NCBI GenBank assembly: GCA_963707505.1
Contig: CAVPQB010000006.1
Span: 160,001-224,000 of the forward strand
Direction: 5' to 3'
Source: an uncultured Gemmatimonadales bacterium
Lineage (GTDB): Bacteria > Gemmatimonadota > Gemmatimonadetes > Gemmatimonadales > Gemmatimonadaceae
Length of the DNA stretch: 64,000 bases
In this document: piece after piece, positions 1 to 10,744 of the stretch
Layout of the letters: every line of letters starts with the position of its first letter
How positions within the stretch are numbered: the stretch's first letter is position 1
Translations under genes and position numbers: made by a program
The notes under the pieces: generated by a model
Seen by the model: only the letters and a program-made list of their open reading frames with translations
The model's database searches: none
What the model was told of the DNA's origin: nothing

Positions 1-657
1 GATCCGGCGACCCCGGCGGCTCCAATAGTTCCTCCCCCTCCCAAGCGTAGCCCGGGTCACCGCGGCGCAGACGTGAAGGATACGGTAGCGGAGATGACCG
101 CCAAGGCTCATGAAATTAGCCTCGAGGCGGGCAGCAAGATGGCCGCCGCGATGAAAGATGTAATAAACGCAGCCGCGGGCCTCACCGGTTTCGTTCTGGA
201 GAGCGCACGTGACCTCGTCCAGTACATGGTCCGTCGCGGCCAGATGACCCAGGAAGAAGCCGACAAGCTCATCCGTCAGGCCGAGGAGGCTCAGGTGGGT
301 CGTCCGGCTCCTCCGCCGCGCGCACCAGAGCCGGAGCCCACCCCGAGGGTCGTCACGGCCCCGGTCGCAGCCCCGACAGCGCCAGCAGCCCCCGCGACCG
401 CTACACCGGCACAGGCGGCAGCGCCTGCAGTTCCTGCAGCTCCTGCCCACAAGCCAGAGCCCAAAGCCGCAGCGAAGCCAGCTGCGCCTGCCCCGGCCAA
501 GGCAAAGGCACCCGCTTCCAAGCCTGCTGCGAAGACCGTCGCGAAGCCGCCAGCAGCCAAGAAATCAGCGGCTCGCACGGCTCACAAGTCCGATAATGTG
601 GTAACGAAGAAGGCTGTGAAGCCGGCACCGAAAAAGGCGACTGCAAAACGTAAATGA
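1..657 (+). CDS. Phasin-like (PhaF-type) protein with Ala/Lys/Pro-rich histone-H1-like tail; 5' end may lie outside the window
   Basis: Frame is open from base 1. ARDLVQYMVRRGQMTQEEADKLI resembles phasin-family helices, followed by an AAKP/KKA-rich C-terminus. Confidence 0.55.
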   Translation, partial: DPATPAAPIVPPPPKRSPGHRGADVKDTVAEMTAKAHEISLEAGSKMAAAMKDVINAAAGLTGFVLESARDLVQYMVRRGQMTQEEADKLIRQAEEAQVGRPAPPPRAPEPEPTPRVVTAPVAAPTAPAAPATATPAQAAAPAVPAAPAHKPEPKAAAKPAAPAPAKAKAPASKPAAKTVAKPPAAKKSAARTAHKSDNVVTKKAVKPAPKKATAKRK

Positions 658-1802
658 AGCCGGCCGAGTTAGCGGCCGCGCTGATCGAGTTCGATTCCCG
701 TAATCCGTCTTTGGCGCCTGATGCTCCCGGTGAGCATCAGGTCGCTTTGTTTCTGGCCGGAATTCTCGAAGGATGGGATTTCCAGGTCGAGCTGCAGGAG
801 GTCGTGCCGGGCCGATCCAATCTCGTCGCGCGGGCCGGTAGATCGCTCCCGAATGCCCGATCCCTGATGCTGAACGGCCACCTCGACGTGGTCGGAGTCG
901 AGCGGATGAGTCACGCCCCATTCAGGCCGGACATCCTCGATGGCAACATGTACGGCCGCGGTTCAGCAGACATGAAGGGCGGCATCGCTGCGATGTGCAT
1001 CGCGGCCCGTGATGCTGTCCAGCAGGGTATCGACGGCGAAGTCGTGATAGCAGCCGTCATCGACGAGGAGTACGAAAGCCTCGGCACACGTGCGCTCATT
1101 GCATCCGGCGTGCGGACTGATGCTGCGGTGATTGCGGAGCCCACGCGACTCTCGCTCTGCCCCGCGCATCGCGGCTTCGTGTGGGCGCGACTCGACGTGC
1201 GTGGCCGCGCAGCTCACGGCAGCCGCTACGACCTCGGCGTCGATGCGATCACGCACGCGGCGCTCATCATCGCCGAGCTCGATCGGATGCAGAGCCGGAG
1301 CATGTCGCGGCATACCCATCCGCTGCTCGGCCGCGGCTCGCTGCACGCGTCGCTCATATCAGGGGGAAGCGGCATCTCCACCTATCCGGAGCTGTGCACT
1401 GTCGAGATCGAGCGACGCACGCTACCGGGCGAGACGGAGCGCACATTTCTGGACGAGCTGGCTTCGGCCACGGCGATGGTCCGGAATGCACATCCCGATC
1501 TCGACGTGGACGTCACTATCACTACCTCGCAGCTTGCGAGCGACGTGTCACGTGATGCTCCGATCGTGACTGAGATGCTCGAGGCACTCAGGCAGGAGCG
1601 GCTGCCGCTGCGCGTCGAGGGGATGAGCGCCTGGACTGATGCCGCACTGCTCAACGAGGCCGGTATTCCGGCTATCTGCTTTGGGCCCGGCGACATCGCG
1701 CTCGCCCATTCGGCGACCGAGTATCTACCACTCGCAGAGCTGGATGCAGCGACTCGCGTCCTGACTCGTTTCGTCGATTCGTGGTGTAACAGCAGTCGCT
1801 GA
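654..1802 (+). CDS. ArgE/DapE family M20 deacylase
   Basis: Motifs LNGHLDVV, YGRGSADMKGG, DEE, AEPT, GRAAHGS and AHSATE. Confidence 0.92.
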   Translation: MKPAELAAALIEFDSRNPSLAPDAPGEHQVALFLAGILEGWDFQVELQEVVPGRSNLVARAGRSLPNARSLMLNGHLDVVGVERMSHAPFRPDILDGNMYGRGSADMKGGIAAMCIAARDAVQQGIDGEVVIAAVIDEEYESLGTRALIASGVRTDAAVIAEPTRLSLCPAHRGFVWARLDVRGRAAHGSRYDLGVDAITHAALIIAELDRMQSRSMSRHTHPLLGRGSLHASLISGGSGISTYPELCTVEIERRTLPGETERTFLDELASATAMVRNAHPDLDVDVTITTSQLASDVSRDAPIVTEMLEALRQERLPLRVEGMSAWTDAALLNEAGIPAICFGPGDIALAHSATEYLPLAELDAATRVLTRFVDSWCNSSR

Positions 1803-1859
1803 GTGGATTCGTCGCGCATCGCGCGACACGGAACGACAGCGTCCGATTAGTATCGTTAG

Positions 1860-2078
1860 ATGCAACTCTCGACCAGACAGTACAACTTGCTGGAGCGCGC
1901 AATCGCCGATGGCCTTCGGATCGTCGTTTACCGGCGTGGATCGGAATTCGTCGTCCGGCCGGAATCGCTCGGCCTCCGCGCGGGACGTGAGGCCATCGAG
2001 ACGATTCAGCCGGCAACGGGAGACCGCATGACGATCTATCTCGATGACCTGGAAGGCTTCGAGATTGTCGATGCCTGA
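1860..2078 (+). CDS. Small hypothetical protein (72 aa)
   Basis: Fills the gap between the M20 gene and rnhA, overlaps the rnhA start by 8 nt, and has protein-like composition. Confidence 0.7.
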   Translation: MQLSTRQYNLLERAIADGLRIVVYRRGSEFVVRPESLGLRAGREAIETIQPATGDRMTIYLDDLEGFEIVDA

Positions 2079-2693
2079 GACGCCCGACGAGATAATCGCG
2101 GTCTTTGCGGACGAATCCTGTCTGGGGAACGGCCGCGAAGGCGACAATGCCGGCGGTGCTGGCGGGTTGATCGAGTGGAAGAGTCCCGCAACGGGCCAGA
2201 TCGTGCGGTGGGATTACTGGATCAGCGAGCCGGCGACGACCAATAACCGCATGGCACTCCGATCGGTGATCGAAGCTTTTCGCGGCATCTCCGCGAAGCG
2301 GAAGCGGTTCGCTGTAGTATTCACCACGGATTCCAGATACATCGTTGACGGAATGACGAGCTGGGTACATGGATGGGCAAGGCAGGGCTGGAAGCGAAAG
2401 AGCGGTCCGATCGAGAACCTGGAGCTCTGGAAGGAAGCGCTCCGCGCGCTCGGCCCGCATCACTGTGAGTGGCGCTGGGTGCGCGGGCACAATGGGCAGC
2501 CGCAGAACGAATATGCCAATCACCTCGCCACACGAGCCGCGGCTCGGCGCAGAATTCTTCCGGCGGATTGATCGAGTCCGGTTTCGAAGCCTGGCTCACG
2601 GAGCACGGAGGGACTGGCGTGACGGCACAAACGATTGCACCATTTCCGAACCACGAAACGTTCAAGGGGAAGCACCGAGAATGGACGATCTAG
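2071..2693 (+). CDS. rnhA: Ribonuclease HI (apparent frameshift near 2545)
   Basis: ADESCLGN, TTNNRMAL, TDSRY, WARQGWK, NLELW and WVRGHNGQPQNEYA motifs. The C-terminus appears to continue in another frame (QNSSGGLIESGFEAW). Confidence 0.88.
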
Positions 2694-3377
2694 ATCGCCT
2701 CTATCGCAGACTGGTACACAACATCCGCGCGACGCGTCCGGAATACCTCAAGATTCCGTTCAGTGTGCGTGAGCTGTACGAGCAGATCGTTCCATATCGC
2801 CACAATCGCCGCGAGCTCGCGATCGAGACCAACGACGATTATGAAACGGCGGTCGCGCGGCTTCTGTCGGGCGAGCGCAATTATGTGACTGCTGATCCCG
2901 CGATGCAGGAATCGCTGCAGCGTGAGCTTGCATCGCCTACCGGCGACCCGGGCGTATTCAAGGATTACGCGAACGCGACGCTGACGCTCACGGCTGCCGC
3001 CGAATCGGCGCTGACACCGGTGCCAGCGACGGCGGGTTCCGGGATGAACACTCCAGCGTCGGTATCGGAGCGGCAGGAATCGCGTCGTGAGATGACACCG
3101 GGCCAGAGTGCGGTCGCTGCCTTCGATGCGATGTCGCCCGCAGCTGTAGCGCCCGAAGTTCCCACAGCGCCGGTTCCTACGTTGCTGGAGTCTCTGTCGA
3201 CGATCGACGTCCCAACGGGATGTCGTTTCTGCGGCGGCACGCTGCCGGACGGGCCGCGAGACCAACTACTGCCCTCACTGCGGCGAGAATCTCCGCACAC
3301 GCCGCTGTCCGGCGTGCGGGTCGGAGATGGATACTTCGTGGAAGTTCTGTGTGACGTGCGGGAGAGCGGCGACGTAG
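2681..3377 (+). CDS. Double zinc-ribbon domain protein (frameshift near 3255)
   Basis: ATG at 2681. CRFC, then after the shift CPHC, CPAC and CVTC, ending at TAG 3375-3377. Confidence 0.8.
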
Positions 3378-3389
3378 GGCGCTACTACA

Positions 3390-4695
3390 TCACTGCCGTT
3401 GCACCGCCGAGCGCGCGGTTTCGGTGATCAACCGCGCGCCACGCTGATATGTGAAGTACGCGTACGCCCACTGCAGCAGCACACTCAGTCGGTTGCGGAA
3501 GCCAATGAGATACGTGATGTGAATTCCGAGCCACAGGAACCACGCGAGCCGTCCACCGACCTGGATCTTCCCGCCGAACAGGTTCGCGATCGCCTTTCCG
3601 CGGCCGATCGTCGCGAGGTCGCCCTTGTTGAAATAATTGAAGTCGGAGCGCGGCCGTCTTTCGATGGTTGCGATTATGTTCCTCGCCGCGACGCGACCTT
3701 CCTGCATCGCAACCTGTGCGACACCGGGCGCGGGCTGGCCATTCTTCTGCAGTGCGTGCGCGAGGTCACCGATCACAAAGACGTTGGGATGGCCCGGAAT
3801 CGAAAGGTCGCGCTCCACGATCACCTGGCCGGTCTTTGTCAGTGGCACACCAAGCGATTTTGAGACCGGTGATGCAACGTTTCCCGCAGCCCAGAATACG
3901 GACCGTGTCTTGATCTCGTGGTCGCCAACGTAAACTGTATCAGGCTCGATACGCGTCACGGCGGACGACGTGCGAACGTCCACATGCAGCTCGCCGAGGT
4001 CACGCGCAGCGCGTGCAGCGAGCCGCTCGGGGAATGCCGGTAGAATGCGACTTCCTGCTTCGAGTAGAATGACCGATGTGTCACGGGTATCGACGTGCCG
4101 GAAATCCCGGCGCATTCCGTGTGCGATCTCCTGCATCACGCCTGCAAGCTCGCAACCGGTTGGGCCGGCGCCGACGATCACAAACGTCAGCCATGCGTCG
4201 CGCTCTTCCGGCGTCGCAGCGCGGTCCGCTTCCTCGAACGCGAGCAGAAAGCGTCGCCGAATCTCCAGCGCATCCTCGACGGCCTTCAATCCCGGCGCGA
4301 GCTTCTCCCATTCCGGATGGCCGAAATACGAATGCCTGGTACCGCATGCAACGATGAGATAGTCGTACGGGACGTCGAAATCACCCTTGAGGCGCGACGG
4401 ATCCGAACACTTCACGATCTGCGCGTTCACATCGACCTCGCGCACCTCGGCCAGCTCGACGCTGGTATTTGCCTGATATCGCAGTACGTGCCTGATGGCG
4501 GCAGCTAATGTCAGTCGGCGCCAGCGACGCCGTCGCTACCTGATACAACAACGGCTGGAAGAGATGATGGTTCGTCTTATCGAGCACGGTTACTCGGGCT
4601 TTGATCCGGCCGAGCTTCTTCGCTGCAAGCAGTCCGCCAAAGCCTCCGCCTATGATCACGATGCGCGGTAGCTTGTCTATCTCTTCCTGATTCAC
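3390..4695 (-). CDS. ndh: Type II NADH dehydrogenase, FAD-dependent (frameshift(s) near 4470-4505)
   Basis: IVIIGGGFGG and HHLFQPLLYQVAT in one frame; VGAGPTGCELAG, FVIGDLA, QVAMQ and IGFRNR in the next. Confidence 0.9.
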
Positions 4696-4707
4696 GAAAT
4701 CACATCC

Positions 4708-6373
4708 TCATTGCATCCGTGACTCTGCAAAGCGTGCAGCGAGTGCCATTATGAGCACCAACCCGATCAACAGCGCACTGTACGCTGACGCGGTGCCAAA
4801 AGCGTATGAGCGTAGTTGGGCGAGTATCTCGATCGATATCGGTCGGTTGCCATGCGTGTACAGCACGATGCTCGCAACGAACTCTCCGACAGCGGTGACA
4901 CACGCGAGCAACGCACCTGCGACGATCCCGGGCCGCGCCGCCGGCAATACCACACGACGCACAGCCATCCACCACGAAGCACCGAGCCCCCGCGCAGCTG
5001 GCTCCAGCGAAGGATCCATCTGCTTGAGCGATCCCTCTACCGCCTGCGATACGAGAGGGATGTCACGCACGAAATACGCCAGCGGCAGGATCCAGAACGT
5101 GCCAACCAGCAGTACCTTGCCCATCGAAAGGTCGTTCTTGTTGAACGTGGCGAGGAGACCGAGTGCAATCGCGGTCCCGGGAATCGCCCACGGCAGCGCG
5201 ACGAGCGCCTCGAGCAACCGGCGGCCGCTGAACTTGCGTGTCACTATCAGATATGCACCTGCAACACAGAAGACGACATTCCCAGCGGTCGCGAGTAGCG
5301 ACATGACTATGCTGTTGCGGATCGGGGTCCAGAGCTGGTTCTCCGTGAACAATCCCGCGTAGTTGTGCGTGGTGTATTCCGGCGGCAATACCTGCGTCGT
5401 CCACGCTCCGTCCTTGCGCGAAGGACACGAGCACGATCATGAGATGCGGCAACACCAGCACGAGTACTATGAGGCCGGCTGCCGTCGCGAGCCCGATACG
5501 CGCCCATCGCGAGCGAACGGGCTGGCGACTGGCACCGCCCTTCCCCGCGGCAACGTAGGCCCGCTTCCCCTCGAGCCACCGGAACAGCAACAGTCCCGCA
5601 ACTGCGCTTATCGCGAGCACCGTCGTCTCGACATACGCGAGCCCGATCGCGTCGTTCAGCTTCGAGTTGAGAATCTGTGTCGACAGAACTCGCACGCCAC
5701 CACCGAACACATACGGAGCGGAGAACGAGCCGAGCGCGCTCATGAAGACCAGGAGCGCCGAACCGGCGATGGCCGGCGTGAGCAGCGGAAGCGTCACGCG
5801 AATCAGGCGGCGAAGCGTGCCCGCGCCAAGACCGATCGCGGCCTCGTCCAGTGACGCTTCATATCGCTCGAGACCCGCGGATACGAACAGATACACATAT
5901 ACGTACATGGTGTACGCGTGTATGAAGATGATCGCACCGATTCCGTTCAGGTGCCACGGAACATCCTTGAGACGAAGTGCGATCTGCACCACTCTCGTAA
6001 TCACTCCCGTATCACCGTACAGAAAGAGAAACGAGATGACGCCCACCAGTGGCGGCAGCGCAGCCGGAAGCAGCGCAGCCGCGCGCAGTACCGTTCGTCC
6101 CGGAAAGTCGAATCGCGTGAGAAGAAATGCCAGCGGCACCCCGATCGCAAGCGATGCCGCAACGGACGCGACAGCGATGATTATGCTGTTCTTGAGTGCC
6201 TCGACATCGGAGGGAGACTCCGCAAATTCGCGCCAGTGACCCATGCTGCCCATGATCACTGCAACGTTCGGATAGATAACCGTCCAGACCAGTATCAGCA
6301 GCAGTGGCAGTGCCGCCAGCGTCGCCATTCGCTCGGCGCGGCTGCGTCCACCGAGCCAGGCCGCCATCGTCAC
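4708..6373 (-). CDS. Fe3+/thiamine/2-AEP-type ABC transporter permease, double domain (frameshift near 5412)
   Basis: Two EAA-like loops (SLDEAAIGLGA; SLEPAARGLGA) split across two ORFs. Confidence 0.9.
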
Positions 6374-7422
6374 GGCACCATCGGAACCGGGCGCGTCACA
6401 CGCACAGGCACGGCAGCGCCCGTTTCAATGCGCTCGCGCGACGCAACGTCGAACACGATGTCGTCGTCCAGCCGCAGCCTGTAGACGAACTGCGCACCGG
6501 CGAATCTTCGCGCGATCACCGTAGCGCTCCACTGATCGCCGCCACCGTCCCGCGCAATCTCAACCGCTTCCGGCCGGAGCACGATCGCACCAGCGCCGCC
6601 GTCTTCGATACCGGTGAACGAGCTCAACGCCACCCGGTGTGTCGCACCGGCAATCGCCACCGTCGCGGAATCACCGTCGCGGCGCGCGGGTATCAGCGTC
6701 GCGTGTCCAATGAACATCGCGACGTCGCGAGTCGCCGGCCTGTCGTAGAGATCTTCCGGTGAACCATCCTGCAGCACGCGCCCGCGCGATAGCAGCACTA
6801 TTCGATCGGCGATGGCAAATGCGTCGTCCTGATCGTGCGTGACGAACAGCGCCGGCGCTTTTGATTCCTTGAGCGTGGTACGCAGCTCGTCGCGCGTGCT
6901 CTGTCGCAGCGTGGGATCCAGATTGGACAGTGGCTCGTCAAGCAGCAACAGGCGGGGCTCGATCACGGCCGCGCGCGCGAGCGCGACGCGTTGCTGCTCA
7001 CCTCCGGAAAGCTGCTGCACCATCCGCGCACCCTTTCCACCAAGCCCCACACGATCGAGCGCCGCGCCGGCGCGCTGCATCCGGTCCGAACGTCCCACGC
7101 CGCGCGCCTCGAGTCCGAACGCGACATTCTCAGCGACAGACATGTGCGGAAAGAGCGCGTAATGCTGGAACACCATGCCGAAGTCACGCTTGGACGGACC
7201 GAGCCGCGTGATGTCCTGGCCATCGTACAGTACGCGCCCGGTATCAGGCTGCTCGTAACCAGCGACGATTCTGAGGGTCGTCGTCTTGCCCGAGCCTGAC
7301 GCGCCTACCAGCGCTACGAGCTCTCCCGGCTTCACCTCGAACGAGACATGATCCACCGCCGTCTGACCGCTGAAGACGCGCACTATGCTATCGACTACGA
7401 GCCCGGCACCGCTTCCGCTCAT
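6370..7422 (-). CDS. ABC transporter ATP-binding protein (PotA/FbpC-like)
   Basis: GASGSGKT, LSGGEQQR and LLLDEP motifs plus a TOBE-like C-terminus. ATG at 7422 overlaps the upstream stop. Confidence 0.93.
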   Translation of the reverse strand: MSGSGAGLVVDSIVRVFSGQTAVDHVSFEVKPGELVALVGASGSGKTTTLRIVAGYEQPDTGRVLYDGQDITRLGPSKRDFGMVFQHYALFPHMSVAENVAFGLEARGVGRSDRMQRAGAALDRVGLGGKGARMVQQLSGGEQQRVALARAAVIEPRLLLLDEPLSNLDPTLRQSTRDELRTTLKESKAPALFVTHDQDDAFAIADRIVLLSRGRVLQDGSPEDLYDRPATRDVAMFIGHATLIPARRDGDSATVAIAGATHRVALSSFTGIEDGGAGAIVLRPEAVEIARDGGGDQWSATVIARRFAGAQFVYRLRLDDDIVFDVASRERIETGAAVPVRVTRPVPMVP

Positions 7423-8456
7423 CCGCGCTTCCTGATGTGTGCGTCCCAATATCTCATCCACTCGTTCAGGTGCTGCGCCAGCAAGGCGCCGTCGACCGGC
7501 ATCGGCTTGATCTGCTTCATCGCTGTCTGAATCCATGCCGGCAGCGAGTCCGTCGGAATGTCCGTGCGCGCGGGAATGCGCAGGAATTGCCGAGCGGCCT
7601 CGAGCTGCGCGTGTTGCGTCGTCACGAACTCATAGTACAGCTTTGCCTCACGAGGATGCTTGGTGCCGCGCACGATCGCGATTGCATCCACCAGTAGCGG
7701 TGTTCCGCTGCGCGGTATCACGTAGTCGATCGGAATCCCCACGCGATCCCGCATCGTCGCCACATCAGGCATGTCCCAGAGCGTTATCAAACCTTCACGA
7801 CTCTTCAGCTTCTGGTACAGAATCGTTGGATTGAGTACGTACTCCTTGGTATTTGCATCGAGCCGTCGCAGCCAGTCGTACCCCCGTTGCGGTGAGCCCG
7901 TCTCGGTAACGCTCTTGGCTATGATCGCACCGAATATCGCGCGCATCGTACCCGACGCGATCGGATCGCGTATGATAACCTTGCCGCGCCACTTGGGGTC
8001 GAGCACATCGTCCCAGTCCTGCGGTGCACTATCGCGCGGGATCGCGTCGCCGTTGTAGGCGATCACTTCCGGCGTGAGGTATGTGCCGTACCAGAGATCG
8101 TGCGGATCGTGCGCCTCCGCCGGAACTTCGCTCGCCCACGTTGGCCGATACGGCTGCAGCAGGTTTTCCTTCGCCGCACGCTCGAATGACTCCGACGGTG
8201 CGCCGAACCAGACGTCAGCCTGCGGGTTTACCGCCTCGCCACGAATGCGGTCGAGAACTTCCTGCGACCCCATGTCCACCCACTGCACGTCGATGGTGGG
8301 ATACGCCTTCTCGAATTCCGTCTCGTAGTACTTGAGCAGATCGATCCCGTGCGGCGAGTACACCGTCAGCACCGTCCGATTGTCGTGCACGCACGACCCG
8401 AGCATCGCCGCGGCAGCCGCGCAGACGATGCCTCCCGCCACGCGGCGGAGCGTCAC
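7419..8456 (-). CDS. ABC transporter extracellular solute-binding lipoprotein
   Basis: Lipobox-like LGSC, NPQADVWFG and DWDDVLDPKWRGK. Confidence 0.9.
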   Translation of the reverse strand: MTLRRVAGGIVCAAAAAMLGSCVHDNRTVLTVYSPHGIDLLKYYETEFEKAYPTIDVQWVDMGSQEVLDRIRGEAVNPQADVWFGAPSESFERAAKENLLQPYRPTWASEVPAEAHDPHDLWYGTYLTPEVIAYNGDAIPRDSAPQDWDDVLDPKWRGKVIIRDPIASGTMRAIFGAIIAKSVTETGSPQRGYDWLRRLDANTKEYVLNPTILYQKLKSREGLITLWDMPDVATMRDRVGIPIDYVIPRSGTPLLVDAIAIVRGTKHPREAKLYYEFVTTQHAQLEAARQFLRIPARTDIPTDSLPAWIQTAMKQIKPMPVDGALLAQHLNEWMRYWDAHIRKRG

Positions 8457-10744
8457 CGCAGCAGATTCGCGAATATGCGCGCGCCGCCTGGTACGGCGGC
8501 CGGAAGTTGGCGAAACAGAGCGAGCGTCACGTACGTGTAGCGTCCCTTTCCAACCTGTGCAGTGAGAAGCCCTGCACTGTTGGGCTCCTCATCGGGATCA
8601 TTCATGCGCAGTGCCGTCGAATAGTGCGAATCAAAAGTGCTCGGCATGTACGTCGCGCGCTCCTGCACCCAGCCCGTGAAATCCGCACTCGTGATCCTGT
8701 TCGGAGTGTCGAGCAGCGCGTTTCGTGGCTCGATTATCGTCACCGGTGCGTTTTCATCTGTTACACGGGCGGCTGGGCGCGCAAGCTTGATCGGGTACGG
8801 CATCACACCTGCCTGCTGCATCTCATTCTGACCGTACTGCACAACGAGATTTCCCCCGCGGCGCACGTAGTTCATCAGATACGAGTTGTTGTCGATCAAC
8901 AGCTGATTGGCCTGATACGCGCGCGGCCCTACGACTATCGTGCTGAAACGCGAAAGATCGGATGTCGGAAGAGCAGCCGGATTCAACTGCTGGACCGTCA
9001 GTCCAAGATCACGCAGCGCGTCTGCCACATTGTCACCAACGCCCTGGACATATCCGATCAGCGCGTGGGCCGGTACGACCACGTTCACGGCCTCGATCGA
9101 CACCTCGGCCTTGCGGTACATCCGCTGCGGCGTGATGTGGCTGTAATCGATCGGGATGAATCCAATACTGTCGCGCTGCGTGCCATCCACAACAACCGCG
9201 CGCACCGCGTGAGCTCCCGCGGCAACGCGGCCCGTCGCCCGGAACGTCACAATTCGCGTTTCGCCAGCACCCAGCGTCACAGTACGCTGGCTGGAATCGG
9301 CTTGCATCCCGTTCGGCACTTCGAGTCGCACCTGCAACGTGTGCGCGGTCGGCCACGACGACCGGAGAGTCAGCTGAAATGTACGGTCGAGCGGCGCGCC
9401 GGCACGTGCAAGCTCCGCATCTCGATCGAACGTGACAGATACGCCGGGCGCGGTAGCGAGCGGCTCCTCGATTTCTCCGCGCACGGGATCGGCGTAACGA
9501 TAAATCGCGGGCGTACGCACGACGACCGGAGACTGACCGGGCAGACTCACCGTCACCGGCACCCAGGCCTGCCTCTCCCGCTCATCGTCCGAAATGGAGT
9601 CGGATGCAAACGCAAATAGATCGCCGACACGGGGGCGAACGAGCCAGTACGGCTCGGTCAGCTGCTCGCCATGGATGTATATCGTTCGCAGAGCACTGCT
9701 GTCCACGGTACCGCTACGGTAGACCGCAATGTGCACCGCGACGCTGTCGCCCAGTGCGACCCGCGGCCGCTCGGCAACAGCCTCGACGTCGATGCCTGCA
9801 TCGGCAAGTGCGACTCGATTACGATCCGCCTGCGTCACGTCATGCGTGGTGTCGAGTCCCTCGAACATCGATCGCTCGGATTGTGCAGGCGTCGCGGCGT
9901 TCACGCGCGTCGCCTCGCGCCGCAGGTAATCGATTACGACTCCCTTCCGCGCACTGCTGCCAAAACCCTGCGACTTGTGCTGGCTACGACTCTCAGCCGC
10001 GATCTCGGCGTAAGTGAGACCGAGTATCGGATCATACTCGCCCACGTTCATCGAGATCGTGCCCTCCTCACGAGAGAACCGCGCGCCCCGGTAAAACTTG
10101 GATACCGTCCATGGCTTCCCGAACTTGCTGACCGGAAAGCGCACCGTATCGGCTGCCGCGTCGTACGCTTCACGTGACAGGATGCCCGCCACCTGATGCT
10201 GTCCGTGTCCATCACGCGGAGTTCCGGAGAATACCGACACGATGACCTGCGGCCGGAATGCCCGCACCACCTTGATCATGTCGCCGAGTACCGAGTCGCG
10301 CGGCCAGTGCGAGAAGCTCTCGGCTGCAGTCTTGGAGAACCCGAAATCATACGCGCGCGTGAAGTACTGGTGTGCACCGTCGATGCGCCGCGCAGCAAGC
10401 AACTCCTCGGTGCGAATCACGCCGAGCGCTTCACCCAGCTCGTTGCCGATCAGATTCTGCCCCCCGTCGCCCCGCGTGAGCGACAGATACGCGGTCTCGG
10501 CGCGATGACCGCGCGCAAGCCATGCAATCAGCTGCGTGTCCTCGTCATCCGGATGCGCCCCGATCACCAGCACGCGTGTGTGGACTCCGGCCGCGGCCTT
10601 CGCTTCCGCCAACGCGACGATGCCGCGCTCCTGAGCATTCAGGAAACGCGGCATCAACACCACACCGAGCGCAGTTGCCACTGTGGCAACGGCACGCACG
10701 AAAATCCTCGTCCGATGCCTTTCGGCGATGGTCGCCGCGCTCAA
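8453..10744 (-). CDS. PIG-L/LmbE family deacetylase with C-terminal Ig-like and glutamine-amidotransferase-like domains
   Basis: AHPDDED, TRGDGGQN, RTEELLAAR, DFGFSK and HGQH motifs; N-terminal signal peptide. Confidence 0.88.
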   Translation of the reverse strand: MSAATIAERHRTRIFVRAVATVATALGVVLMPRFLNAQERGIVALAEAKAAAGVHTRVLVIGAHPDDEDTQLIAWLARGHRAETAYLSLTRGDGGQNLIGNELGEALGVIRTEELLAARRIDGAHQYFTRAYDFGFSKTAAESFSHWPRDSVLGDMIKVVRAFRPQVIVSVFSGTPRDGHGQHQVAGILSREAYDAAADTVRFPVSKFGKPWTVSKFYRGARFSREEGTISMNVGEYDPILGLTYAEIAAESRSQHKSQGFGSSARKGVVIDYLRREATRVNAATPAQSERSMFEGLDTTHDVTQADRNRVALADAGIDVEAVAERPRVALGDSVAVHIAVYRSGTVDSSALRTIYIHGEQLTEPYWLVRPRVGDLFAFASDSISDDERERQAWVPVTVSLPGQSPVVVRTPAIYRYADPVRGEIEEPLATAPGVSVTFDRDAELARAGAPLDRTFQLTLRSSWPTAHTLQVRLEVPNGMQADSSQRTVTLGAGETRIVTFRATGRVAAGAHAVRAVVVDGTQRDSIGFIPIDYSHITPQRMYRKAEVSIEAVNVVVPAHALIGYVQGVGDNVADALRDLGLTVQQLNPAALPTSDLSRFSTIVVGPRAYQANQLLIDNNSYLMNYVRRGGNLVVQYGQNEMQQAGVMPYPIKLARPAARVTDENAPVTIIEPRNALLDTPNRITSADFTGWVQERATYMPSTFDSHYSTALRMNDPDEEPNSAGLLTAQVGKGRYTYVTLALFRQLPAAVPGGARIFANLLR

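Noticed and set aside
2369..3427. 352-aa ORF overlapping rnhA
   Set aside because: The real gene starts at 2681; the upstream part is an alternative frame of rnhA and the tail results from the frameshift.
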